This document shows, one piece after another, positions 37,271-46,742 of a stretch of 62,618 nt of DNA. Origin of the DNA: Candidatus Iainarchaeum sp. (GTDB taxonomy: Archaea > Iainarchaeota > Iainarchaeia > Iainarchaeales > VGJJ01); contig JACQJG010000013.1 in NCBI GenBank assembly GCA_016198125.1, forward strand, positions 1 through 62,618, given 5' to 3'. The position numbers and the translations under genes are program-made. Below the pieces are notes generated by a model. It saw only the letters and a list, made by a program, of their open reading frames with translations. It ran no database searches and was not told the DNA's origin. Within the stretch, counting starts at the first letter, position 1. Every line of letters starts with the position of its first letter.

Positions 37271-38032
37271 TCAATTTTTTTCCAGCCAGTCAATTACCGT
37301 GTTCATTAAATCCGGGTTGGCAACAAACAGGTTGGTTCCATGGCCCACGTTTTTGAGTTGAACAAACGCATGAGGCCCGGCAGCCGAAGCCTCCAATTCC
37401 CCTGAAGAATCAAACGAATACGCGTCTTCCATGCTGGCCATTACGAGTACAGGGCCTTCAAATGATTCCAGTGCAGGTTTGGGTTGCACGCCCTTGTAAT
37501 CCAAACCAGGAGACAACAGCACAAGGCCCTGCACGCGTTCAGGGTTTTGGCCTGCGTACAGTGCGGCAAGGTTTGCGCCAATGCTTGCCCCCACCACAAA
37601 CACTTTTTGCGCCTTCAGAAAATCCTGGCCGGCTTGAATGTCTTTCACCGCATCATTCCATTGCGCAGAAGAAAAAGACTGGTAGGAAATTTTTTTCCCA
37701 TCCCCCTGCGTACTTTCACCATGGCCTCGCACGTCCAACGCAAGCACGCGAAAGCCTTTTTCTTGGAGGCGCTGGGCAAACACATTAAATGTAGAACGCG
37801 TGTGCCCCATCATGGGAATCAAAACAACGGATTTTCCAGTGGGCGTTAAAGGCTCAAAGAGCGTGGCGCCAATAACGACATGATCGGAAGTAGAAAAAGA
37901 AACGTTCTTCACACCGTCACCTGCCGACTCCTCCAACGCATTTGGCGGCTGGACACAGCCCCCTGAAACTACAATGAACGCAAAAAACCCTGCCAGGAGG
38001 GGTTTACTGCCACGCATGACCATTGGATGCAT
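37271..38032 (-). CDS. Alpha/beta hydrolase with a lipoprotein-type signal
   Basis: N-terminus ...FAFIVVSGGC, the GxSxG nucleophile elbow VVGASIGAN, DVRGHGES, and a distal GHG. Confidence 0.75.
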   Translation of the reverse strand: MHPMVMRGSKPLLAGFFAFIVVSGGCVQPPNALEESAGDGVKNVSFSTSDHVVIGATLFEPLTPTGKSVVLIPMMGHTRSTFNVFAQRLQEKGFRVLALDVRGHGESTQGDGKKISYQSFSSAQWNDAVKDIQAGQDFLKAQKVFVVGASIGANLAALYAGQNPERVQGLVLLSPGLDYKGVQPKPALESFEGPVLVMASMEDAYSFDSSGELEASAAGPHAFVQLKNVGHGTNLFVANPDLMNTVIDWLEKN

Positions 38033-38038
38033 TAAAAG

Positions 38039-38077
38039 ATTTAAATGTGCCGGTATTCTAAAGGCACATCTTTAAAT
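38039..38077. promoter_or_regulatory. Divergent promoter: two TTTAAAT boxes within an inverted repeat
   Basis: ATTTAAATGTGCC (38039-38051) and GGCACATCTTTAAAT (38063-77) form a 7-bp stem (ATGTGCC/GGCACAT). Each arm carries an AT-box and they face the two divergent genes. Confidence 0.4.
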
Positions 38078-38114
38078 GGTTTTTGGGGGCAAAAGCTAAG
38101 TGAGTTGCATTCAG

Positions 38115-38417
38115 ATGGAAGCCACTACCTGCAAAGTCAAAGACCTGCGCCCACGCCTCGGTAATGTGAATATTGAATTAGAAATTGTAAGCATCTCCGA
38201 ACCAAGGGAATTTGCCACTGCAAGAGGCCAGGGAAAAGTGGCCAGCGCAGCAGGAAAAGACGACACAGGGGAAGTGCAGTTGAGCTTGTGGAACGAGCAA
38301 ATAAGCCAAGTCAAGGAAGGAAACAAGATTCGCATTGAAAACGGCTGGGTCTCGGAATACAATGGACGCGTACAATTGTCCACAGGAAAGTTTGGCACGC
38401 TCACAGTGCTTGAGTAA
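38115..38417 (+). CDS. OB-fold single-stranded nucleic-acid-binding protein (SSB-like)
   Basis: VKDLRPRLGNVNIELEIVSISEPREF....GKVASAAGKDDTGEVQLSLWNEQI..VKEGNKIRIENGWVSEYNGRVQLSTG is the typical short archaeal OB-fold pattern. Confidence 0.65.
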   Translation: MEATTCKVKDLRPRLGNVNIELEIVSISEPREFATARGQGKVASAAGKDDTGEVQLSLWNEQISQVKEGNKIRIENGWVSEYNGRVQLSTGKFGTLTVLE

Positions 38418-38486
38418 GCCTCTTCCAGCAAGCCGCGTCACCCCTAAACTTAAATAATCGTTCAGCGTGCAGGTACGTGGACTGTT

Positions 38487-39452
38487 ATGAACCTTCAAGA
38501 ACGCCTGGAGCTCATTCAACGCAACACTGCAGAAATTATTACACTCCCTGAAATGCGTGCACTGCTTGAACGCAAAAAAAAGCCCCGGGTGTATTGCGGG
38601 TATGAACCTTCAGGGCCTATGCACGTAGGCCACTTTGTCACGTGCACAAAATTATTGGACTTGGAAAAGGCAGGGTTTGAAACCGTTGTATTGCTGGCAG
38701 ACTGGCACGCGTGGCTGAACAAAAAGGGAAGCTGGGAAGACATTTGGAACACGGCAAAAACCTATGAAAAAGCCATGAAAGGACTGGGATTAAAAAACAC
38801 GGAGTTCGTTTTGGGCACCAGCTTTGAACGCAAGGCCGAGTACATGGACGATGTATTAACACTTGCGTTGAACACTACGCTGAACAGGGGGTTGCGAAGC
38901 ATGCAGGAAGTGGCACGCGACATTGAAAATGCAACGGTTTCACAAGCCGTTTATCCATTAATGCAAATTGCAGACATGAAGCACTTGAAATTGGACGCGG
39001 CAGAGGCAGGACTTGAGCAACGCAAAATCCACATGCTGGGAAGGGAAAGCTTTCACCACATTGACTACCAAAAAGTTGCTTACGTGCACACGCCTCTTAT
39101 AACTGCACTCACCGGACCGGGAAATAAAATGTCTTCCTCAAAACCTGAAACCATGATATCGGTGTTAGATGGAGAAGAAGAAATAATGAAAAAACTCAAC
39201 AAAGCGTACTGCCCGGAAGGCATTTCCATTGAAAACCCCGTGCTCCAATTATGCCAGCTCCTTGTATTTCCCCACCAAGAAACCTTGAATGTCAAACGTT
39301 CTGCAAAATTCGGCGGAGACAAAACATTCCATTCCTATGCAGAAGTGGAACAGGCCTTTGTGAAAAAAGAACTGCATCCTGCAGACCTGAAAAACGCAGT
39401 GGCCTTGGCGTTAAGCCAAATCCTTGAACCTGCACGCAAGGCGTTCAAATAA
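38487..39452 (+). CDS. tyrS: Tyrosyl-tRNA synthetase (archaeal type)
   Basis: YCGYEPSGPMHVGH is HIGH-like, KMSSSKP is KMSKS-like, and the length is typical of archaeal TyrRS. Confidence 0.92.
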   Translation: MNLQERLELIQRNTAEIITLPEMRALLERKKKPRVYCGYEPSGPMHVGHFVTCTKLLDLEKAGFETVVLLADWHAWLNKKGSWEDIWNTAKTYEKAMKGLGLKNTEFVLGTSFERKAEYMDDVLTLALNTTLNRGLRSMQEVARDIENATVSQAVYPLMQIADMKHLKLDAAEAGLEQRKIHMLGRESFHHIDYQKVAYVHTPLITALTGPGNKMSSSKPETMISVLDGEEEIMKKLNKAYCPEGISIENPVLQLCQLLVFPHQETLNVKRSAKFGGDKTFHSYAEVEQAFVKKELHPADLKNAVALALSQILEPARKAFK

Positions 39453-39517
39453 CGTACAGCACAAAGAACGTTGTACAGAGCCAATGCCATTCAACAAGGT
39501 TTAAATACTTTAAAGGA

Positions 39518-40171
39518 ATGGATTCATGCATGTCCCTGGTAGGAGACCTCTTCTTTAAACCCAAACAAGTTGTGCAGGACGCCTTCAAAAAACCTGCACT
39601 CGGGCAGGCCGTTGTGTTTGTCCTGCTCCCAACCCTTGCGTTAATCCTTGGAAAATTCATCCTGCAATCTGTTATACCTCTTGCCACGTTTGCGCTTTTT
39701 TTTGCCAATGACATTCTCATCTGGGCCATAACCGGCGCGTTATTATATTTAGGCGTGTGGGTATTCAACCAGAAGAATGCAAGCAGGGAAACCTTTGCAG
39801 GTATTTTGACTGCATTGGCGTTGCGCGGATTTTACCTGGCCTTATTCTACCTCGTTTTTTTTGCCGTCTTATTGCTTGTATTTCCCGCTTTCGTGGCAGC
39901 CACCCAAGGCCTTGTGGAAGGAGTCCTTTCAGCACCCGATTACCTGGACATCTTCCAAGAAACCCTTGAAGAAATTTCGCTCGTGCAAGCCCTGGTGTTT
40001 TTGGCTTTAATGCTGGTCATGCTCCTGCTGTACGCGTACGCACTTTACACATTGTATTTAACCGTAGCCAATGCGTTAAAGAAAACCGTGGCCGTGCACG
40101 TACTTGCCCTTATCCTCCTTTTGATTGCGTCCAGCCTCATTACAAGCCTCTTTTCACTGGTGGGCCACTAG
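39518..40171 (+). CDS. Yip1-domain-like polytopic membrane protein
   Basis: About 5 TM helices and an N-terminal ...FFKPKQVVQDAFKKP motif region. Confidence 0.45.
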   Translation: MDSCMSLVGDLFFKPKQVVQDAFKKPALGQAVVFVLLPTLALILGKFILQSVIPLATFALFFANDILIWAITGALLYLGVWVFNQKNASRETFAGILTALALRGFYLALFYLVFFAVLLLVFPAFVAATQGLVEGVLSAPDYLDIFQETLEEISLVQALVFLALMLVMLLLYAYALYTLYLTVANALKKTVAVHVLALILLLIASSLITSLFSLVGH

Positions 40172-41295
40172 AAGAACAACAAGAGCAAACTTCCAATGCC
40201 TGCAGCCAAAATGCTTGCATTAAGATTATTCAAGTACAATGCAAGAAGAATAAAGCACACCACTCCCAGTTGAATGAACACCTCGCGCAAAACCGTGTAT
40301 TCAACCAAATTGGACCGCTTGGCCCTTGAATAGCCCAATGCACTGGACGCAATGTTCGTGCTCGTATCAAATGCCTCTCCTGATGCATTCGCGGCAAAGT
40401 ATGCAGAATATGTAGAAGCAGACGAACGCAGCACCCAGGAAAAAGCATCTCCCAGCGCGCTTGACTTCAAAACCAACCGTTTTCCCACAGTGTCCACGAG
40501 CACGCCTGAAAGCCCTGTGACAATAAGTCCGACCACAAAACCCATGGTAAGAATGAAACCAAAAGAAAGATACGTTGAAACGCCCAAAAACAAGGCCAAA
40601 CGCCACAACACAATGGCCCCGGTATCCTTAAACCCCAATCCAAAGAACCCGATCATGTTGCGCACGTTTCTGGGGTCCTTCAAAGAGAACGCATTAAGAA
40701 AAGAAAAAGTGGAAGGGGCGTGAAGGTCACGCGAATAAAAAAGCGGGATTGAAGACACTAAGAGGATAAGGCTGGCAACAAGAAAAAGGACGTTGAATCC
40801 AAACAAGGTAAGAATGACCGCTCCAACCAAAGGGCCTACAAACACTGCAAGCATGCGTGCAAGCACGGCCAAGCTCACGTCCTCGCCAATTTCACGCTGC
40901 TTGGTAATGCGGCCCAAGTCCAGGTGGTACGCCATCCAAAAAAAATTCCAGTACACTCCCTGGACAAGTCCAATAAAAAAAAGCGGCCAACGAAAGCCAG
41001 GCAGAGAGTACAGCAAAACCATGAACACGATTAAGAGGGGCTTGCTGAGCATCATGGAATGCTTAAAGCCCCTGCGCACAATCCAGGGAGTAAAAACAAA
41101 AATGCATCCCAGGTACGTGAGCGCTGCCACCAGGTACGATTGGAGGATTTCGGCAATGGCATATCCTTGTTCAAACAAGTACACAGGTACGAAGACCATT
41201 ACAAGGGCCAATGCAAAAAAATGCAGGGCAATACTAAAATAAGTAAGGCCCAATTCCCTGGTTAAATGAAAGCGAATAACGTGGCGAAATTGCAT
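40168..41295 (-). CDS. MFS-type transporter
   Basis: About 11-12 TM segments with basic loop motifs between TM2 and TM3. Confidence 0.6.
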   Translation of the reverse strand: MQFRHVIRFHLTRELGLTYFSIALHFFALALVMVFVPVYLFEQGYAIAEILQSYLVAALTYLGCIFVFTPWIVRRGFKHSMMLSKPLLIVFMVLLYSLPGFRWPLFFIGLVQGVYWNFFWMAYHLDLGRITKQREIGEDVSLAVLARMLAVFVGPLVGAVILTLFGFNVLFLVASLILLVSSIPLFYSRDLHAPSTFSFLNAFSLKDPRNVRNMIGFFGLGFKDTGAIVLWRLALFLGVSTYLSFGFILTMGFVVGLIVTGLSGVLVDTVGKRLVLKSSALGDAFSWVLRSSASTYSAYFAANASGEAFDTSTNIASSALGYSRAKRSNLVEYTVLREVFIQLGVVCFILLALYLNNLNASILAAGIGSLLLLFF

Positions 41296-41447
41296 GCCAA
41301 CAATACCCCTTCCCGCTTAAAAAAACCCCTTGTTCATACGTTTATTGCCGTCAAAAACCCGAAAAGTTACGTTTTTAACCTTTTTGGTTGGCGAGTGGTT
41401 TAAGGCTCATCATAAAAAAAACTTTTCTAAGAGGAGTTGGACCCAGT

Positions 41448-41639
41448 ATGCGCATGACCAAAGTAAAATGTCCTGAGTGCGAGGAACGATTCGACTTGGA
41501 CGTCATTGAATACGATGACAATGACACTGTTGAATGCCCTGAATGCTACGCCGCCCTTCTTGTGAGAGTGCAGGAAGGAAAAGTACGCGTGGTTCCTGAA
41601 ACCGAAAAGTACGAGGACATTACAATAGAAGAAGAGTAA
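41448..41639 (+). CDS. LysW-like zinc-ribbon protein with an acidic C-terminal tail
   Basis: 63 aa: VKCPECEERFDL....DTVECPECYAALLVRV...PETEKYEDITIEEE. The CPEC-x18-CPEC ribbon and terminal Glu run are as in amino-group carrier proteins. An SD GAGGAG lies 11 nt upstream of the ATG. Confidence 0.4.
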   Translation: MRMTKVKCPECEERFDLDVIEYDDNDTVECPECYAALLVRVQEGKVRVVPETEKYEDITIEEE

Positions 41640-41840
41640 ACGTAAACCCAATAAGCTACCCAATCTTTATCGCTCTTCACCGGCAATTCCCGCCTTCAAA
41701 GACTATTTATCGTACCCTGGGCCCAACTCCTTCCAGGGCTTTTCATCAAGGCTCACCTCACCCCATCCGGGCGGGGGCACGCGCTCCCGCCTTTCCTTTT
41801 CCCAAACGCTTTTATTTGAGCAAATCATTCAACTGCCAAT

Positions 41841-42323
41841 ATGCCCCGGAAAAAGGAAAGAAGCTTCCGCACATATTGGGCGCACCCTACATTCAAAGGC
41901 AGCAAGCCTGCCCGGCGGTTAACGGCCGTGCATTTTTTGCGGGATTACTTGGAAGCAAGGCGCATGCTTTCAGAAGCCCACGAATCTCTGAGAGGCGCGC
42001 GCGGAGACCCGGACACCATTAGAGAGGCAAAACAAAACCAACAAGAAGCCCTTCAACGCATGCAGCGCGCCGAGACATTCTTTTCCCAACAGGCAGTAAT
42101 TGACAGGTATCATGCACACGTGTTCAGCCCGCATGAATTAGGTGATTTGGCACGCATGCAGGGTGTTCTAACCATGCTGTGCAAACTCCAAAAGCCAAAC
42201 TCCAAGCTGAACAGGCTTGTAATCCAGCGCACCAAAACCTACAAAGCCTTTGGCATCCCTGAAACATATATCCCCATGTTTTTATTGGCTGAAGCACGCC
42301 AGAAAGGAATACTCAAGAAATGA
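41841..42323 (+). CDS. Hypothetical basic helical protein
   Basis: 160-aa ORF. No family recognised. Confidence 0.45.
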   Translation: MPRKKERSFRTYWAHPTFKGSKPARRLTAVHFLRDYLEARRMLSEAHESLRGARGDPDTIREAKQNQQEALQRMQRAETFFSQQAVIDRYHAHVFSPHELGDLARMQGVLTMLCKLQKPNSKLNRLVIQRTKTYKAFGIPETYIPMFLLAEARQKGILKK

Positions 42324-42380
42324 CTCAATCCTACGCGCACTTTAAAATAAAATACGTGCCCATTCGTACAAGGAAACTCC

Positions 42381-43832
42381 ATGCCCCAAATAAGATTGTA
42401 TAATACGCTCACAAGAAAAAAACAGGCATTAAAACCCATTAATGACAAGCAGATTAAGTTGTACACGTGCGGACAAACAGTGTATTATTACACGCACATT
42501 GGAAACTTGCGCACGTATTTCTTTGAAGACGTTCTCCGGAAAACCTTGGAATACGTTGGGTACACTGTAAAACACGTGATGAACATCACCGATGTCGGGC
42601 ACTTGACATCAGACCAGGACGAAGGAGAAGACAAGCTTGAAAAAGGCGCGAAGCGCGAAGGAAAAACAGTGTGGGAAATCGCGGAGCATTACACGCAGGA
42701 CTTCCTGGAAAACCTGGACGCCATGAAAATCAAGCGCGCAGACATTGTCTGCAAGGCCACGGAACACATTCCGGAAATGATCGCCTTAATCCAACGCCTT
42801 GAAAAAAAAGGCTTTACCTATGCCACCCCCACCGGGATTTATTTTGACGTCACCCGCTTCAAAAATTATGGCATTCTCACCGGCCAAAAACTCCACGAAA
42901 AAAAGAAAGGCGTGCGAGGGGAAGTGGTTGTGGATTCAACCAAAAAGCACCCCGCGGATTTCAGGCTGTGGCAACTCAGCCAACCCAACCATGCCATGCA
43001 ATGGGATTCCCCCTGGGGACGCGGCTACCCCGGATGGCACATCGAATGCAGTGCCATGGCCATGAAATACCTTGGAGAAGAATTGGACATTCACTGCGGA
43101 GGAATGGACCACATTCCTGTGCACCATACAAACGAAATCGCGCAATCCGAAGGAGCAACTGGAAAACGCTTCTCCAAACTTTGGCTGCACGGCGCGTTCA
43201 TGCTCATTGAAGGCGAACGCATGGGAAAATCCAAAAACAATTTTTACAGGTTAACCGACCTTCAAGTCAAAGGATATTCCCCATTGGACTACCGCATGGC
43301 CCTGCTCCAAGCCCATTACAGGTCCCAGTACAATTTCACGTGGAAAGGGCTTGAAGACGCCAAAAGCACGCGCCAACGTTTGAATGTACTCATTCAGCGT
43401 CTAAAAGAACAGACAGGAAAAGAAAACCCTGCAATCCCTGGACTCATACAAAAAACGCGCAGCACCATAAACAAACACCTGGCCAACGACCTCAACACAC
43501 CTTACGCACTATCAGAGTTGATAGCATTCACACGCAAAACAAATACTTACATTGAAAAAGGAAAAATTGGAAGGGAAAATGCGGAAAATATTCTTTCATT
43601 TTTGCACAAACTAGACCGCGTGTTTGGCGTCATGGACTTTGAATCTAAAACATTCAAAATACCCAAAGAAGTCAGCGAACTCGTGCAAAAGCGCGAACAA
43701 TCTAGAAGGGACAAAAAGTGGGCAGAAGCCGATGCACTACGCAAACAAATCCATGAAAAGGGATGGGGTGTGCAGGACACCCCCCTAGGTCCAAAAGTAA
43801 AGCCTGCAAAAGAGCAAAGCTCTTCCTTCTAA
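42381..43832 (+). CDS. cysS: Cysteinyl-tRNA synthetase
   Basis: YTCGQTVYYYTHIGNLR (HIGN), WHIECS and KMGKSKNN (KMSKS-like). Confidence 0.93.
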   Translation: MPQIRLYNTLTRKKQALKPINDKQIKLYTCGQTVYYYTHIGNLRTYFFEDVLRKTLEYVGYTVKHVMNITDVGHLTSDQDEGEDKLEKGAKREGKTVWEIAEHYTQDFLENLDAMKIKRADIVCKATEHIPEMIALIQRLEKKGFTYATPTGIYFDVTRFKNYGILTGQKLHEKKKGVRGEVVVDSTKKHPADFRLWQLSQPNHAMQWDSPWGRGYPGWHIECSAMAMKYLGEELDIHCGGMDHIPVHHTNEIAQSEGATGKRFSKLWLHGAFMLIEGERMGKSKNNFYRLTDLQVKGYSPLDYRMALLQAHYRSQYNFTWKGLEDAKSTRQRLNVLIQRLKEQTGKENPAIPGLIQKTRSTINKHLANDLNTPYALSELIAFTRKTNTYIEKGKIGRENAENILSFLHKLDRVFGVMDFESKTFKIPKEVSELVQKREQSRRDKKWAEADALRKQIHEKGWGVQDTPLGPKVKPAKEQSSSF

Positions 43833-43966
43833 CGGAACCAGTTCCCAATGGCCTTAAAAATAAAGTCCAGTGGAGACTTCCTGTCCTCTTTCAACGTCGC
43901 AAAACCATACTGCATTTCTTTTGGCATAAATAAACCAATGCTTTGCACATTAAAAAGGCTTTTGAT

Positions 43967-44272
43967 TCAGAACCTGAATAATCTGCGCTCAAAATCAACA
44001 ATTTTTCCATTATGCACGCGCACGCCCTCGTGTATAAGAAGTGCTTTTTTTCGTTTAACCCCCTGCGCATAGCCTCCAATCGAACCATCACTTTTGACTA
44101 TGCGGTGACAGGGTACTTTGGGCGCAAAAGGATTGGCATTGCATGCATTGCCTACTGCACGCGCCCCTTTTGGTTTGCCCACTGCACGCGCAAGCAGTGC
44201 ATAGGTAGTAATCTTTCCCCGCGGAATGCGTTTCATTGCTTTCCAAACGCGCTCAAAAAAAGAAGATGCCAT
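43967..44272 (-). CDS. ogt: Methylated-DNA-protein-cysteine methyltransferase, short form (C-terminal domain only)
   Basis: ITTYALLARAVGKPKGARAVGNACNANPFAPKVPCHRIV contains the PCHR active site. The start is placed at internal Met94 because the track extension overlaps the divergent kinase gene. Confidence 0.75.
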   Translation of the reverse strand: MASSFFERVWKAMKRIPRGKITTYALLARAVGKPKGARAVGNACNANPFAPKVPCHRIVKSDGSIGGYAQGVKRKKALLIHEGVRVHNGKIVDFERRLFRF

Positions 44273-44324
44273 GAACCAACTGCCGGGTAAATGTTTAAAA
44301 GCCTGCGGGTTGTTTTGGGGTGTG

Positions 44325-44921
44325 ATGAGAGTCAAACACGTTGTGGTAATCTCAGGCTTCATTGGCTCTGGAAAGAGCACGCTTGCCAAAGGCCTTGCAA
44401 AAGCATTCCATTTAAAACGCGTTTCAGGGTCTGAATTGCTTAAAAAACCCATGGAAAAAAAACTGCGCACGCACAACAAAACCCCTGTAAGAAAAGGCTT
44501 CTGGGAAACCCCAGAAGGAAAGGCATTCATGAACGCGCGCGTGCGCAACAAGAAATTCGACTACGAATTGGACGCGTACATACTAGAATACATTAATAAG
44601 CATGACAACGTTGTAATCGAATCGCGCACCATGCCCTGGCTCTACCCATTCGGATTCAACATTTGGCTGAAGGTTTCATTAAGAGAATCCTGCAAACGCG
44701 TGGCTGAACGTGACAGTATTTTCCTTAAAGAAGCCACGCGCGCAGTACGAGAACGCCGAGCCAAAGAAGTAAAATTGTACAGGGACTTGTACGGCATTCG
44801 CATGGGAAAGGATTTGAAGCCATTCAACTTAGTGTTGAATACAGAAAAACTCAAGCCTCATGAGACGCTTGCACGCGCAAAAAAAGCCATCCAGAAGCAT
44901 TGGCAAAAAAAGAAGGAATGA
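44325..44921 (+). CDS. cmk: Archaeal-type cytidylate kinase-like P-loop kinase
   Basis: VVVISGFIGSGKSTLAKGLA is the P-loop. ..VVIESRTMPW....NIWLKVSLRESCKRVAERD...RRAKEVKLYRDLYGI resembles archaeal CMP kinases. Confidence 0.6.
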   Translation: MRVKHVVVISGFIGSGKSTLAKGLAKAFHLKRVSGSELLKKPMEKKLRTHNKTPVRKGFWETPEGKAFMNARVRNKKFDYELDAYILEYINKHDNVVIESRTMPWLYPFGFNIWLKVSLRESCKRVAERDSIFLKEATRAVRERRAKEVKLYRDLYGIRMGKDLKPFNLVLNTEKLKPHETLARAKKAIQKHWQKKKE

Positions 44922-45565
44922 ACATGACTGAGATCAAGCGGTTTGTTTTACTTGTGCACCCCTTTTTCACGCTCATCAATGATTCGCAAAAAGACATTTT
45001 AAAAATTACCCCCTTGGACTTAATCCAACGAAACAGCGCTTTTTTGCTTGGGCGGTGGGGGCGCGCAATCAATCAAGCAGCCAAAAGGCCTGACACATTT
45101 GTCATCATCGTAAGACCAGTGCCCCCAAAAAAATATTACCCCCACACTCCACCGAGCCCAGCACTTTTATCGCTGGGGGTTGAAAAACTTGGGCGTTTAC
45201 TTGGGCACGCGCAACGCGTGCTGGGCAACAGGCTTTTAATGGTGAACGACGCCATTGACCCATACGAGCCATTCTTGCTTAATGAAATAAAAAGTAGAGG
45301 ATTCTCCATAAGCCCAAACTGGACTGCCAAATCCTTTGGAGAATACTGGAATGATTGTGTTAACTATCAATCAGATGCATTAAAGCGGAAACTGCCTCGC
45401 AGTAGAACAATGGCGCGGTTCCACACTATTGAAAAACTTCCTGGTTTATCTTTGATCCAACCTACCAAATATTTTTCTCTTTTTTCAAACCCCTTGCTGG
45501 GTGCCATGAACGTGGATTTGCGCAAGCATGTCCGAAAACGCCGCGGAACCAGGCGCAAAAAATGA
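44918..45565 (+). CDS. Hypothetical protein with a basic C-terminus
   Basis: The ATGA overlap with the kinase stop suggests coupling. No family recognised. Confidence 0.45.
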   Translation: MNMTEIKRFVLLVHPFFTLINDSQKDILKITPLDLIQRNSAFLLGRWGRAINQAAKRPDTFVIIVRPVPPKKYYPHTPPSPALLSLGVEKLGRLLGHAQRVLGNRLLMVNDAIDPYEPFLLNEIKSRGFSISPNWTAKSFGEYWNDCVNYQSDALKRKLPRSRTMARFHTIEKLPGLSLIQPTKYFSLFSNPLLGAMNVDLRKHVRKRRGTRRKK

Positions 45566-45593
45566 AAAAACGAACGCCTTCCAATGACATTCT

Positions 45594-45650
45594 CCCCTGC
45601 CTAAAGGCAGGGGTATCTTCATTGATGAAAGCGCGCCCTAAAGGGCGCGG
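45594..45650 (+). repeat. Two tandem GC-rich hairpins with identical TAAA loops and the same GTATC tail
   Basis: CCCCTGCC-TAAA-GGCAGGGG-TATC at 45594-45617 and CGCGCCC-TAAA-GGGCGCG-GTATC at 45632-45654. They are followed by a GTTTTT run at 45661. Confidence 0.6.
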
Positions 45651-45778
45651 TATCAAACCCGTTTTTCGCAGGCCTCCAAGTAAAACTCTTGTTTTACGAG
45701 GCCAGCAAAACAATTGTTTTGCCTGGTTTTCCAAAAGGCCTAATCAGCTTTAAAAAGCATTTGCATGGCGAATGATGC

Positions 45779-46339
45779 ATGAACAAGAACATTGGAATCG
45801 CGGTTTTGGCATTGGCAGTGCTGTCCATTGGATGCATTCAGCCCAATTCCCCCACTACCGGACAGGTGACCTTGGTGAAAGAACAAATTCCTGCAACCGG
45901 TCTTTTAAAAACCGTGGAAGCCGGAGACACTATAGAAGTGGAATACACTGGATTGTTGGACGATGGCAGCGTGTTTGACCAAACGCCACCCAATGAAACG
46001 GTTTCATTTTCTGTTGGAGTAGGCCAGCTCATTCAAGGATTTGACGAGGCATTAATTGGAATGAAGGAAGGCGAAACCAAGAACATTGTAATACCCCCTG
46101 CAAAAGCCTATGGAGAAGTGAACAACGAATTATTTGTTGATGTGAACTACGACCAACTTGCCCAGGGGGGTTTTCCCATTGAACCTGGCATAAAATTACG
46201 AGACGAACTTGGAAGGCCCGTGACCATTGTAACAGCCGACCAGAATGCAAACAAGGTTGTATTGAACTACAACCACCCCCTTGCAGGAAAAACCCTGCAC
46301 TTCCAAGTTACCATTACCAAAATCAGCAAGAAAAAGTGA
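45779..46339 (+). CDS. FKBP-type peptidyl-prolyl cis-trans isomerase, lipoprotein-anchored
   Basis: The signal is AVLALAVLSIGC. The FKBP core reads GDTIEVEYTGLLDDGSVFD...GQLIQGFDEALIGMKEGE. Confidence 0.85.
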   Translation: MNKNIGIAVLALAVLSIGCIQPNSPTTGQVTLVKEQIPATGLLKTVEAGDTIEVEYTGLLDDGSVFDQTPPNETVSFSVGVGQLIQGFDEALIGMKEGETKNIVIPPAKAYGEVNNELFVDVNYDQLAQGGFPIEPGIKLRDELGRPVTIVTADQNANKVVLNYNHPLAGKTLHFQVTITKISKKK

Positions 46340-46344
46340 AAGGC

Positions 46345-46731
46345 ATGCGCACCGTTGTCTTGTGTGGAAGCAGGAAGTTCAAATCCGAAATCCGCGAATT
46401 TGAAAAAAAGCTCAAGGACTTGGGGGTCGTGGTTTTTGAACCGTACCTGCACTCAGGCCAAGACGATTGGGCATCGCTTTCAGAAGACTATAAAAAATTC
46501 ATTGCCCTTGGGCTGAGCCATGACCATTTTTATAAAATACGAATGGCCGACGTGGTGTTCGTATACAATAAAGGCGGATACATTGGAAACAGCACCACCT
46601 TGGAGATTGGATATGCGGTTGCACTCGGAAAACCGTTGTATGCCCTGGAAAAAGACGGCGAACTTTGCAGGCACGTATTGTTTCGGGAGTTTATTACTTC
46701 TCCTGAAGACCTTGCAAAAAAACTTGCATAA
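46345..46731 (+). CDS. Nucleoside 2-deoxyribosyltransferase-like small protein
   Basis: MRTVVLCGSRKF... and GNSTTLEIGYAVALGKPLYAL give a Rossmann-like pattern. Confidence 0.4.
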   Translation: MRTVVLCGSRKFKSEIREFEKKLKDLGVVVFEPYLHSGQDDWASLSEDYKKFIALGLSHDHFYKIRMADVVFVYNKGGYIGNSTTLEIGYAVALGKPLYALEKDGELCRHVLFREFITSPEDLAKKLA

Positions 46732-46742
46732 AAAGACAAGGC

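Noticed and set aside
44273-44551. N-terminal 93 aa of track ORF 43967-44551 (would give a two-domain Ogt)
   Set aside because: The extension overlaps the divergent kinase gene's coding region on the other strand and shows no MGMT N-domain features. The short PCHR-containing form starts at Met94.
45594-45654. Mini-CRISPR array, or a C/D-box sRNA given the UGAUGA at ~45623
   Set aside because: The two units differ in stem sequence, so they are not identical repeats, and there are only two. No cas genes are present and no CUGA D-box follows the C-box-like hexamer.
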